A stretch of DNA of 63,554 nucleotides, filler included, from Atractiella rhizophila (lineage: Eukaryota): NCBI GenBank assembly GCA_021432655.1. It is 3 parts of 3 records of this genome, joined end to end, with 100 filler letters (N's around TTAATTAATTAA, not from the genome) between each part and the next. Parts side by side here need not be neighbours in the genome. Positions count along the whole stretch, not along the records: positions 1 to 30,333 come from MU271710.1; 2 more parts are not named here. The stretch is one strand, 5' to 3'. Each line of letters starts with the position of its first letter. Position 1 is the first letter of the stretch. Position numbers and translations under genes: made by a program. Shown one piece after another: positions 1-10,816 of this stretch. The notes below the pieces were generated by a model. That model was not told where the DNA came from. It was given only the letters and a program-made list of their open reading frames with translations, and did no database searches.

Positions 1-937
1 GAGCGTTCGCTTCCTGCAGTCACGCAAAATACTAAGTGGGCGAATTGGCGCACAGAATTGCCATCATCTTCTACGCTGCAAATTTATCGTTCGACTTGCT
101 GCTCACAATCCTGACTTCGGCGCAGCTTTTCAAAAATGTGAGTGCTCCTCACCGTTCTCTACGCCTACTCAACGCGAATGACTTGCAGATGTCAGGTTCT
201 GGCTTCTGGCCACCATTCTCCGCCTTCCTCTTGAAAGAAGGTCTCATCTATCTGCTCGTTGTCACCGCTTTCAACGTTGTCAACTGCGTCTTTTGGTCAC
301 TTCCAAGCTCTTCGGGACTTCAAAGCATCGGAGCGACCATTGCTGTCGCTATGAATAGCAGTCAGCCTTTCTCACTTCCTTCTTTCCAACGTGACATTGA
401 AGCGCTCGCATGTAGTAATGGCTCAACACGTCGTCCTTTCCCTCCGAGATCCTTCTAACGGCTCTCGATCGCGCTCAGGTGGAAATTCCAGTGGTGGCGG
501 AGCGTCTCAGAGTGGAAGAGGAAGATCAGGAGGAGCTCCTGGCGGTACTGGAGCCAACAAGAGTATCCGACATAAGATGCAAAGCGGAGCTGCGCTGGAG
601 ATGGGAGTTCGAGTGGAGTTCGTCTTTTTTTTTTCTCTTCCTTTCTGCCAGATCTTTACGATGCTTTCTAAGTAGCACTCACGTTCTCACTTTGTACGAG
701 AAACAACAAAACGAATCTTCGAGCGGCGAGAAGCGCGAAACTGCTTTGGACATCGATCCTAAAACTCCTCAGTACCCGAATTCTGCCACCTACATGATGT
801 CGCCTAGGCAGTCACCTCTCTCTCCACGATCGCAGCGGGAATTGGAAGCAGGGATGGATATGGGAATGGACAGTCCGGAGATCATAAGCCCATCAAAAGA
901 TGATTACGATTTCCATATTCGCCCAAAGGGTGTCTGA
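1..937 (+). CDS. 3' part of a multi-exon integral membrane protein (fungal GPCR-like/7TM type); 5' end lies outside the window
   Basis: Successive exons encode hydrophobic helices (IAIIFYAANLSFDLLLTILT; LLKEGLIYLLVVTAFNVVNCVF; IGATIAVAMN..MAQHVVLSLR) followed by a Ser/Gly-rich tail; GTGAGT..CAG intron at 138-189; stop at 937. Confidence 0.55.
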
Positions 938-1971
938 AAGTTCATGCTGGTCTCATGGGAGTCTGAAATTCAACAGTGTTGAGTGTCTTATTATTCTCGT
1001 CTTTTTGAGTACTTAGACTTATTGAGGAGTGAATTTTGGGTCTTACATGGAGAGTTGGAGGAATGTACCTTTCGTGTTGCCTATCTGATGTTGTCGCCTC
1101 TCATTGCAATGGATTCCTTTGGAATTTCTCAAAATATTGCATGTTCGCCGTCCAAGATTGACCAGCCCACTCCCGTGCCATTCTAACCCGCCTTCCTAGC
1201 GAACTTCCGTTATTTGCAATCATGAGAAAGGCTGGAAGCGAAACAAAAACGTCGGAAAGCGGAAAGCACTCCTTCGATTCCTTCCTGACAGCGCCTCTGG
1301 TGCCACATTCCACTGAATTCCGGTTGATTGCAATCTCTCCATTTCATTTGCATCCTTCCGCTTTCCATTGTTTCCATTGTGTGCGCAATTTCTCCCCGTC
1401 TTGTTCCCGAATTTCGAGAGCAGGACTCCAAGCGATGAGGCAGAACGGGTACTTCGATTCATTCCTCCCCGCCAAGACTCTCGGGTCACCAATTCTGCAC
1501 TTCTGCTGCGCTGTAAGAGAGGTGATGGAACATCGATGGAAGTTTGAGAAGCTGCCGCAGCTACATACATTCATGGATGCTCCACCAGACGTCCCAGACC
1601 TCTGACAAACGGGATGACAGATAATTTCATTTGTAACTTCTAAGCTTCCTTGGAGCGCAAACTTCCGGCATCCATCCATCTCACTTCTACATCTGATGCA
1701 TCGGAACAAAAGCCATGGGCATTGGTTGCCATCCTCATGGAGCTGCCTGCTTGACATTCGCGGCCTCCCTGGTTTTCCGAGGGGAAGACAACGGAAGGAT
1801 GTCTGGGAAAGGTTGTCACTTTCTCAGAGCGTCAAACACGTCAAAGCGTGTGCCTGATGGAAAAGTTGAGTGTTAAGTTGCATCACCAACCCTGCAGACG
1901 CGTGCCTGTCAAAAGGTGATAATGAATGTCAAGCGGCTACCAAACGATTGGAGCAGAAGTAGGTCTAGCCC

Positions 1972-1996
1972 AAAGCTTATCTCTGAGATAAGCTTT
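1972..1996. promoter_or_regulatory. Perfect 12-bp inverted repeat (AAAGCTTATCTC-T-GAGATAAGCTTT) containing two inverted GATAAG motifs, upstream of the FAD monooxygenase
   Basis: The palindrome is read directly from the sequence; a GATA-factor role is inference. Confidence 0.35.
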
Positions 1997-2343
1997 CGGA
2001 ATGATTAACAAAACCGATCGACAGATCGGCGCGTCCAAATCTGGCCAACCGCCCCCGAAGAAGGGAGTCTCCTCCCTCCCCACAGGCAATCCTCCATCTC
2101 GCTCGGTTGCATCGGCCCTTGCTCCTCTTTCTTCTCAATCGAAGCATGGACTGACGGGCCTAGACGGGCCTCGATCGAAGAGACAGCTTGCGCTCCGTCC
2201 GAGATCACCTTCCTGTCAGATTCCAGCGAAGGAACGACCCGCCTCCTTCTCCCTTCCTCTTCCAGTTCGCGAACTCTTATATCCCTTCTTTCCGACTCCT
2301 GCACGTCCTCAGCAGCGTCTGTTCGCTCCAGTTACGCGTAACT

Positions 2344-3797
2344 ATGACGGAAATTGCCATCTTCGGTTGCGGGATCATTGGTCCGCTCACCGCTCACTTC
2401 CTCCTCTCCAAGTTCTCTTCTTCTCCAGAACAAATACACATCACCATCTACGAGGTCTACGCGTCCCTTCGCACCATCGGAGGAGCCGTGAACCTCTCCC
2501 CTAACGCTGTTCGACTGCTCTCTCATGTCGGTTGCGACCCGAGACGATATGGAGGCAAAACACCAATGGTTCTCTTCCAAAACGAACGCGGAGAGAGGGT
2601 GGGAGAATTTTTCTACTCGTGGCCAGCTGACGGCTGCGTCGGAATGCGTGTAGGAAGAAGAGATTTGATGGAGGACCTCGTCTCTCACCTTCCTGAGGAC
2701 GAAGGGAGGGTGAAGATCTCGTTCGGGAAGCGAGCTGTGCGAATGGAGGAGGTGGAGGAAGCGAAAGTGCGAGTGACGTTTGAGGATGGAGAAGAGAGGA
2801 TGTTCGACTGGGTCATTGGAGCGGATGGGATCCATTCTTTCACACGCTCCCAGATCCACGCTTCTTCCTCCGATGCACCAAAAGCGGTTTACAGCGGCAT
2901 TACGACCGTCTATGGTCTCCTTCCCTCCACTTCTATCCCAAAGGATCTCCTCGCCCCTCTCTCCTCGCACCGGTCGATCCGCACCATCTCACCGCACGCA
3001 GGACTCTTCTCTGTATCCTATTCGCGTGCTGACGACTCTCAGGTTCACTGGTTCTCCTCTCGCGCGCCACCCACACCTCCTTCTCCTGACGAAGCCGCAC
3101 CAGACGGCGAAGAGGTGAGGAAGGAACTGTTGGAGGCATACAAGGACTTCCCGGCGCCGATAGAGGAGGTGATACGGAAAACGGAGAAGATTTATTACTG
3201 GCCTGTCTTTCGTCTCTCCGATAAGGAACATAAAGGCCAGTGGTACTCTCCTAACGGACGAATAGTGCTAGTAGGCGTACGTCTCATCTTCCCTTCCTTT
3301 TCGTCCTAACATTGCTGACGTGGAGGAAGGATGCTGCTCACGCCCTCCCACCGTTCGCAGCTCAAGGCGTAGGCATGGGAGCGGAAGATGCTTCCCTCGT
3401 CTCTTCCATCCTTCACGCTATCACCACCTCCCATAAACCCATCTCTCCCTCCTCCATCCCTAAAATCTGGGAACGTGAATACGTAGCTCGGCGCGTTCCT
3501 CGAGTAGATGGGTTTATCAAGCATGCTGAGAGTCAAGGACGAGGGAGGAAAGACGATGGATGGTGGATTGGAAAGTTCAGGTCTGTCGTTCGTTCATCTA
3601 TCGTTCTTTTTCCCAACCCCTTTATCTGTTTCATTCTAAAAGCTATTTTGCGACACACTGTTGATACTGGGAACAGGGAATGGAGCCTCTGGCTCGCCTT
3701 TCCTCTCATCTCGCTCGTCAATTCTATGGGTTATTGGGACGTCCAAGGATGGGGTTATGATACCGAGAAGGAAAAGATATCAGTAGAAGACTTTTGA
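2344..3797 (+). CDS. FAD-dependent monooxygenase (salicylate hydroxylase/UbiH-like, FAD_binding_3), 2 introns
   Basis: N-terminal Rossmann motif IAIFGCGIIG, DG motif VIGADGIHS, and GD motif RIVLVG|DAAHALPPFAAQG split by an intron near 3276-3329; second intron about 3581-3677. Confidence 0.9.
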
Positions 3798-4365
3798 TTG
3801 GTTAGGTGCTCTTCCAGACGATGACGGCGACAATAGGTTTATTGACTCAATTAGGATCTGGTTTCTGGTTTCAATCTGCAAGGGCATTAGATTTCCCTAC
3901 CCTGTTCATATCCACTTATTGCTCATTGTAAATGGAAGTCACATACATTTTAACTTCGTAGGTATTTCACAGTCGCTCCAACATCTCTCCAGTGAGGTGG
4001 AAGCTTGGAAGCATAAAGCAGCCGCTGGAAGCTCAAGTAGTCCGACTCAGCACGATTAGGAAACAGATATGACCTGGGTTACAGCTCAGTTTCAGGTCCA
4101 AGATTTACAGGGGACGAAGGGACGAGGATCTTCAGTCGTGAGAGAAGTAGGGTTGGAAACGAGGAAGAGTTTCCAAGATGATTGTCAATATTGGATCCAT
4201 GGGTGGCGCGGTATATATCAAGAGGATAGTTAATATCTCTACCCGTAACCATTCATAACTTTAAGATATTGAAAGAATTGCTCAGGCAAAATCCCACACC
4301 TGCAACAGGAGGTCAGCTTAGAAGTGAGAGAGAGAAGTGTGCTGAAACCATTTCGACTTCGTTCA

Positions 4366-7300
4366 TCACTTGCATTCCGCCTGCGAAATTTTGTGTAGTA
4401 GATCATCACAGTCCTTGACATCGGCGGTGGCAAGACAACTTTCGTAAAGCTGACGGGCGCGAGTGGCCTCCTCCCTCGCGGGGACGTACCGTGAAGATTG
4501 GAAGAGGAGTTGGGCCAGGTCCTTTCTGCTGCGACCTTCGTAGTACTTCCCAGCTGCTGGACTCAAATTGACGGCTTCCTCAGAAACCTGGATCGCCTTG
4601 ACCATCTTATTGGGGTCTTGAGCGTAAACGGAACTTTGGCCAGCGAGGCAGTCAATTTGACCTCTAAGGTTTTGTACCGCCAGATAGAGCTCCTTCGCCT
4701 CCTCGAAACGTTTCAGCGATTCCTCCATTCGCCCGCGAAACTGCTCGATCCTGCCCATGCCACAATGGCAGTCTGCCAATCCCCACGGGTCTCCCACTAA
4801 CAAATAGAGCTCCATCGCCTCCCTGAAATGTTCCAACGCTCCTTCCATCCACCCCAAATGGCGCTTCAACTGCCCTGCGCTGCGAATGCAATGGGCTTCC
4901 CCTTGTCGATCCCCCACTTCGATGTAGAGCTCTCTCGACTCCATGAATGCTTTCAGCGCATCTTCGTTCCGACCACATCGAGAATCAATCTCCCCGACGT
5001 TGCGGATGCAGTGAGCCACCCCTTGTTGATCTCCCACTTGCATGTAGAGCTCTCTCGCCTTCTCGAATGCCTTCAACGCCTCCTCGTTCCGGCCGAGTCG
5101 AAAAGCAATCTCCCCAACGTTGCGGATGCAGTGAGCTTGCCCATTTCGATCTTCCACTTCGATGTAAAGCAATCTCGCCTCCTCGAATGCCTTCAACGCC
5201 TCCACGTTCCGGCCACATCGAAAATCAACTTCCCCGACGTTGCGGATGCAGTGAGCTTGCCCCATTTCGATCTTCCACTTCGATGTAAAGGAATCTCGCC
5301 TTCTCGAATGCCTTCAACGCTCCTCGTTCCGGCCACATCGAAAATCAACTTCCCCGACGTTGCGGATGCAGTGAGCTTGCCCATTTCGATCTTCCACTTC
5401 GATGTAAAGGAATCTCGCCTTCTCGAATGCCTTCAACGCTCCTCGTTCCGGCCACATCGAAATCAACTTCCCCGACGTTGCGGATGCAGTGAGCTTGCCC
5501 ATTTCGATCTTCCACTTCGATGTAAAGGAATCTCGCCTTCTTGAATGCCTTCAACGCCTCCTCGTTCCGGCCCGCGTCGAAAAGCAATCTCCCCAACGTT
5601 GCGGATGCAGTGAGCTTGCCCATTTCGATCTTCCACTTCGATGTAAAGGAATCAGCCTCATCGTGTTCGCCTTCGTCGACCCATCGCCTTCAACGCCTCC
5701 TCGCTTCCGTCGTCCACATCGAAAATCAACTTCCCCGACGTTGCGGATGCAGTGAGCTTGCCCATTTCGATCTTCCACTTCGATGTAAAGGAATCTCGCC
5801 TTCTCGAATGCCTTCAACGCCTCCTCGTTCCGGCCACATCGAAAATCAACTTCCCCGACGTTGCGGATGCAGTGAGCTTGCCCATTTCGATCTTCCACTT
5901 CGATGTAAAGGAATCTCGCCTTCTTGAATGCCTTCAACGCCTCCTCGTTCCGGCCGCGTCGAAAAGCAATCTCCCCAACGTTGCGGATGCAGTGAGCTTG
6001 CCCATTTCGATCTTCCACTTCGATGTAAAGCAATCTCGCCTCCTCGAATGCCTTCAACGCCTCCTCGTTCCGGCCACATCGAAAATCAACTTCCCCAACG
6101 TTGCGGATGCAGTGAGCTTGCCCATTTCGATCTTCCACTTCGATGTAAAGCAATCTCGCCTCCTCGAATGCCTTCAACGCCTCCTCGTTCCGGCCACATC
6201 GAAAATCAACTTCCCCAACGTTGCGGATGCAGTGAGCTTGCCCATTTCGATCTTCCACTTCGATGTAAAGCAATCTCACCTCCTCGAATGCCTTCAACGC
6301 CTCCACGTTCCGGCCACATCGAAAATCAACTTCCCCCGACGTTGCGGATGCAGTGAGCTTGCCCATTTCGATCTTCCACTTCGATGTAAAGGAATCTCGC
6401 CTTCTCGAATGCCTTCAATGCCTCCTCGTTCCGGCCACATCGAAAATCAACTTCCCCGACGTTGCGGATGCAGTGAGCCCCCTTGTTGATCTCCCACTTG
6501 CACGTAGAGCTCTCTCGCCTTCTCGAATGCCTTCAACGCCTCCTCGTTCCGGCCACATCGAAATCAACTTCCCCGACGTTGCGGATGCAGTGAGCTTGCC
6601 CATTTCGATCTTCCACTTCGATGTAAAGGAATCTCGCCTTCTTGAATGCCTTCAACGCCTCCTCGTTCCGGCCGCGTCGAAAAGCAATCTCCCCAACGTT
6701 GCGGATGCAGTGAGCTTGCCCATTTCGATCTTCCACTTCGATGTAAAGCAATCTCGCCTCCTCGAATGCCTTCAACGCCTCCACGTTCCGGCCACATCGA
6801 AAATCAACTTCCCCGACGTTGCGGATGCAGTGAGCTTGCCCATTTCGATCTTCCACTTCGATGTAAAGGAATCTCGCCTTCTCGAATGCCTTCAATGCCT
6901 CCTCGTTCCGGCCACATCGAAAATCAACTTCCCCGACGTTGCGGATGCAGTGAGCCACCCCTTGTTGATCTCCCACTTGCACGTAGAGCTCTCTCGCCTT
7001 CTCGAATGCCTTCAACGCCTCCTCGTTCCGGCCACATCGAAAATCAACTTCCCCGACGTTGCGGATGCAGTGAGCTTGCCCATTTCGATCTTCCACTTCG
7101 ATGTAAAGGAATCTCGCCTTCTTGAATGCCTTCAACGCCTCCTCGTTCCGGCCGCGTCGAAAAGCAATCTCCCCAACGTTGCGGATGCAGTGAGCTTGCC
7201 CATTTCGATCTTCCACTTCGATGTAAAGCAATCTCGCCTCCTCGAATGCCTTCAACGCCTCCTCGTTCCGGCCACATCGAAAATCAACTTCCCCAACGTT

Positions 7301-9694
7301 GCGGATGCAGTGAGCTTGCCCATTTCGATCTTCCACTTCGATGTAAAGGAATCTCGCCTTCTCGAATGCCTTCAACGCCTCCTCGTTCCGGCCACATCGA
7401 AAATCAACTTCCCCGACGTTGCGGATGCAGTGAGCTTGCCCATTTCGATCTTCCACTTCGATGTAAAGGAATCTCGCCTTCTTGAATGCCTTCAACGCCT
7501 CCTCGTTCCGGCCGCGTCGAAAAGCAATCTCCCCAACGTTGCGGATGCAGTGAGCTTGCCCATTTCGATCTTCCACTTCGATGTAAAGCAATCTCGCCTC
7601 CTCGAATGCCTTCAACGCCTCCTCGTTCCGGCCACATCGAAAATCAACTTCCCCAACGTTGCGGATGCAGTGAGCTTGCCCATTTCGATCTTCCACTTCG
7701 ATGTAAAGCAATCTCGCCTCCTCGAATGCCTTCAACGCCTCCTCGTTCCGGCCACATCGAAAATCAACTTCCCCGACGTTGCGGATGCAGATGGCAAGCC
7801 CCTGCCGATCTTCCGCCAGCCAATACAGCTCCTTTGCCTCTCCAAAACAATTCCATGCTTCTTTCATCTGCTTGCGAAGCAAATAGATCGTCCCTATGCC
7901 GTGAATGGAGTTAGCTTGTCCCCGTTGATCTTTCAGCAACAGAAACAGTTTCTTTGCCTCCTTAAAACGTTCTAGCGCTTTCTCCATCTGCCCGATCTTT
8001 CCTCTGCTGTGAGTGTAGCGCACTTCGCCTTGTCGACCTTCTATCTCTAGATAGAGCTGCGTCGCCTCCTGAAAAACTTGCTGTGCTGAATGTCGTAGGT
8101 CAGTCTCTGCCAGCGCATTTGTATTCTCTTTTTCTTCTGTTCTTTTTGGCTGAGAGATATCAAGACTTGCAAGGCTGGACTGGAGGTTGTTTGTGGATAA
8201 CTCATCCTCATTTTTGAGGATGAGTGCTGCATCTGCACCAGACGACGGAAGGTACCAGTCGTCAGGGAATTCGAGTGTCACCGCTACGCATTAGACGTCA
8301 CGGCTAGGCAGCTGAGCAGCAGAAACTTACAATCATCCTTTTCCTTAATGCAGTTTTGGCATGCCTCTAATAGGCCGGTCGCTTTCTTCACAGTCCATGC
8401 TTCGGGATCAAAAATCCACTGTGACTATGCCGAATCCTCAGCAATTTGATAACAAAAAGGGTCGATATAAAGGAATAAAGGGTATCTACCGTTTTACACA
8501 AGAGAGTGAGATGAATGTCAGAAGAAATGGCGACTTTGTTGCTTGGCCGTAACTGTCATAGGCGTGAGCGGCAAGTTCCCCTCAGAATGTAAGATGATAT
8601 CACCATCAACATGGCTTCGAGAAGAATATCCAAGGGATCAGGAGTCTGCCAAACGACACCAATTCAATCAGAACCACTGTTGAACCATGTTAGAAAGTTA
8701 CCAACCTTTTCACTTCCAGTAATCTCACAGAAGATTGGGTCAACAGATTCATCTTCACGTTGGGAGGGGGATGGTGGCCTGGAGCCTCGAGCTTCAGTCT
8801 TTAAAGGCAGAACTTTGTGCCACCTAAGCTTGATTCGACTGACAAACAATGTTTGATCTCCGACCCTATATGCAGCTGTGGACAAAATGCCATCTCCTGA
8901 AAATGGTGCTTGAAATTGGGACAAAGCATAAATGACGGCGGGCGCTTACGCGGCTGATGGAGACGTGGACCACGATGCAGACGAGCACCAGAAATGTTTC
9001 CACAATCACGTCCTATGTCGAATCCTACAGGCTGTAATCCAAATGTGAGATGAAAAGATTGACCACTCTCGGCAAAAGTTGCGTGAAGCCAGTCATATGC
9101 CTTAACAACTCCGATTACCATACAGATATCTCTGTCGTTGGCACAGCGGAAGTCGTTATCCAAATCTTCTCTTAGGACTTGCTCGTAATATCGCTTGAAG
9201 TAGGCCACTGCTAGAGGCACCTTTGCAACTTGGAAACGAGGGGCATCTTGTTTCGTGACGAGGAAAGCCGAATGTACAGAGTGACTTGCAATTTGAGCCG
9301 CGAAAGTTGGGGCGGGAACACTACGCTACTACTGAGCGTGAAATGCTTCATGATCGAGCAGAAGGACGTACATGGGGGCAGTGACATTTGCTGTAAAATT
9401 CGTAGATGACTTTGTACCCTTATATATGGGGGAGCCTGGACAGCAGCAAGCAGTGTCCAGAACGACCAGACCAAGCTCTGGGGCACCAGGACCCAACAAT
9501 TCGCGAACATTTCGCGACACCCAGAATTGGCCATCTCGGCAGTATCCGAAATCACCAATCTCACATTCTCCGTAAGGTTGTATCCTTCTTATCGAGCCAG
9601 ACGGATCCAACGGGTATGTTGGGTTGAAGAGGGGGAAATGATGACGAGAGTCGTACATCGTCTTCTGGTATATTTCCAGATCAGAGAGCGGCAT
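4366..9694 (-). CDS. Gasdermin-like N-terminal domain fused to a long TPR-like repeat array. Exons 9694-9372, 9320-8950, 8896-8706, 8645-8604, 8552-8490, 8424-8331, 8283-4366. Several frameshifts inside the array as assembled
   Basis: All six introns are GT..AG, 47-65 nt, and keep the reading frame. N-terminal motifs in order: FPLFNP, CEIGDFGYCRDGQF, ICMVIGVVKAYDWLHATF, HRGP, DQTLFVSRIKLR, DPLDILLEAML, VAISSD; I recognise these from basidiomycete gasdermin-like proteins. C-terminal 40-aa helical repeats ALKAFEEARLLYIEVEDRNGQAHCIRNVGEVDFRCGRNEE. Confidence 0.72.
4890..7790 (-). repeat. Coding tandem array of about 24 near-identical 120-bp (40-aa TPR-like) units, flanked by more divergent units (about 4366-4890 and 7790-8090)
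   Basis: The core CCCGACGTTGCGGATGCAGTGAGCTTGCCCATTTCGATCTTCCACTTCGATGTAAAG recurs every ~120 nt; only a few codon positions vary. Confidence 0.97.
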
Positions 9695-10816
9695 CGTAGT
9701 TATCCGCAGGTTCGAATCCTATTTTATCTGTGTTTCTCTCGTATGGCGTAGTGTTGATCAGAGATAGATGTTCGACCCTTACAGCTTTTATACCATCAGT
9801 AGAGCCTATCTGGACGTTTTCCAGCACAGGAGATTCGCAGAAATTACGGACAAAGGCGCGATATTGAGAACTTGACAGGAAGTGGAGGAGTTGCACTTGA
9901 ACACGTACGAACCGATATCTAAATTGATAACAATTGATTCTGACAGTTTCTTGAGCAACCTGTGGGTTCGCCCACAAAGTTCTGGGAGCCATTTTCTTTT
10001 CCTTCCAGAACACAGGTCGACACACAGGCCCTGTTTGGTTTGACTTCTTATCAAGCCAAAGTCAGCTCAAGACCACTTTCATCTTCCGAATGATTTACTG
10101 GCTGCCAGCCGGTGAAAAGCGCGAAGGTCGACAAAAGTGCAATGTGTTCTGGCACGACTTCGCATTCAAATTGAATATACTCTGCTAACTTTGTTTTTCA
10201 TGTCAACCTTGGGTATTGGATAACGTCTCTATCATCTGAAAGATTCACAGACTTCAGTCCTACTCGAAGGCACGAAAGTAGAAACTAAGATAGGACAACT
10301 GAGATAAAATATCGGAGTGTGACCTCTTGTCAGATTAAGAGTTACTGGGTTATTCCTTTGCCATAAAAAGGGTGTAAACCAACTATCTTTCAACACCTGT
10401 ACGATGAGACAAGCCAAAAAAAGTGCAATTTAATCAAATGCACTTACTAAAGTCTAACTGCACCTTATGATTCAAACATACTGCTTGTAGAAACATTTAG
10501 GGAAGGATTCAATCAGAGAGACCTCCAGCAGTTGTACTAGATACCAACGCCGAGATCATGGAGGAAGCGTACCGTTCCATCTTTATCTTTATCACGACCA
10601 AGCAACCAATTACTCTATCAGTTCATGTTCCTTTTCTCTTCCCTTCTAATAGCCTCTCTTCCATGTAGATACCCTAGATCTACTTTGGCATTTAGTTCCA
10701 CAACCCGTAGTAAGTTAGTTGACCGTAATCTTAAGGACAATGACACTACAGTCAGCAAGGGCCACGTAAAACAACGACTCTCGGTTATCCACTCAGCGCT
10801 CTCTTCGAGTGCAACC

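Noticed and set aside
4890..7790. CRISPR-like array
   Set aside because: Units are contiguous 120-bp repeats with no unique spacers, keep a coding frame and sit in a eukaryotic gene; no cas genes
6353..7975. 540-aa plus-strand ORF and other alternate-frame ORFs across the repeat
   Set aside because: Antisense shadows: a stop-free frame in one unit is multiplied by the repeat; the minus frame gives the sensible TPR helix pattern and links to spliced exons
8100..9694. NACHT/NB-ARC NLR interpretation of the TPR gene
   Set aside because: No GxxGxGK[ST] Walker A or Walker B motif found in the spliced N-terminal region
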